A stretch of 64,000 bases of DNA from Malacoraja senta (Eukaryota): NCBI GenBank assembly GCA_038087875.1, contig CM075979.1, positions 86,242,001 to 86,306,000 of the forward strand, read 5' to 3'. The notes beneath the pieces were generated by a model. That model saw only the letters and a program-made list of their open reading frames with translations. It was not told the origin of the DNA and made no database searches. The stretch's first letter is position 1; each line of letters starts with the position of its first letter. The position numbers were made by a program, and so were the translations under genes. This document shows, one piece after another, positions 62,984 to 64,000 of this stretch.

Positions 62984-63419
62984 TAGTTAATGTGTCCGGT
63001 CAAAGCATTAATCAGAAATGGAAAAGTGGGGAAACAAGTTATTTTAGATTGGAGAGGATGGATGAGGGATGGGTAGGACAATGGGAATATCTCAAGGGTT
63101 GTGGCCAGGGTAACCAAAATGAACCCAATATTTATGGAGCTGTCTGGTTAATAGATTAATGAGAGCAGTTAAACTAATGTGATATGGTAAAGCTGTGCAG
63201 CACAGATTAGAGCTGTTGCCTGAAACCCAAAAGAAAATGTTGGAAAATGCCCATTAGATCAATCACTGCCTGGAGAAACACTGAGATAATATGACAGAAT
63301 AATCTTGCATCAGAACTACCAGTTCTGCTACAAACAGTAAAAACATGTTACTTGAAATTATTTATTCCTGAAGGCTATGTTCCTCCAGATATAAGATGAG
63401 ATGCAATTCCTCATCTTGT

Positions 63420-64000
63420 ATTTAGACGAGGGAATTAAATGTAACATCTCCAAGTTTGCGGATGACACAAGGCTGGGTGGCAGTGTGAGCTGCGAGGATG
63501 CTATGAAGCTGCAGGGTGACTTGGATAGGGTGGGTGAGCAGATACAGTATGTGGATAAATTTCAGGTTATCCACTTTGGTGGCAAGAACAGGACAGCAGA
63601 TTATTATCTGAATGGTGGCAGATTAGGAAAAGAAGAGGTGCAACGAGACCTGGGTGTCCTTGTATATCAGACACTGAAAGTAATGCAGGTACAGCAGGCA
63701 GTGAAGAAAGCAAATGGTATGTTGGCATAGCGAGAGGATTTGATACAGGAGCGAGGAGGTTCTACTGCAATTGTACAGGGCCCTGGAGTATTGTGTGCAG
63801 TTTTGGTCTCCTAATTTGAGGAAGGATATTCTTGCTATTGAGGGAGTGCAGTATAGGTTCACCAGGTTCATTCCCGGGATGGCAGAACTGACATATGATG
63901 AAAGAATGGGTCGACTGGGCTTGTATTCATTGGAATTTAGACGGATGAGAGGAGATCTTATAGAAACATATAAAATTGGTAAGGGATTGAACAGGCTAGA
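63420..64000 (+). mobile_element. CR1 RT fragment running off the window end
   Basis: LDEGIKCNISKFADDTRLGGSV..QQAVKKANGMLA. Confidence 0.92.

Overview
Vertebrate genomic DNA, most likely a skate or ray (inferred from the repeat complement: HE1-like V-SINEs, CR1/HER1-type LINE tails, Rex1, Penelope). The only host gene I can support is the 5' half of WNK1 on the + strand: a CpG-rich promoter with a ZNF143 site (~19.6-20.0 kb) and coding exons 1-4 (20877-21692, 43030-43202, 47169-47389, 48446-48603); exon 5 onward lies beyond the window. The rest is intergenic or intronic DNA packed with TEs: CR1, Rex1/Babar, L2, L1, Penelope, three Passport-like Tc1 copies, four non-autonomous Helitrons, a solo LTR and hAT-type elements. 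There is a 200-N gap at 15704-15903. The most notable signal is DNA transposons carrying 5' pieces of unrelated host genes. An 8-bp-TSD hAT MITE contains the first coding exon plus splice donor of a CYB561D2-like gene. A putative TIR element with a 5-bp TSD in WNK1 intron 1 contains TDP2 exon 1 plus donor. Helitrons carry promoter/first-exon-like cargo. Also seen: a candidate 29-nt poison micro-exon before WNK1 exon 4, Penelope hammerhead-ribozyme motifs, and a ~340-bp intronic fold-back. All protein identifications are from remembered family sequences, not database searches.
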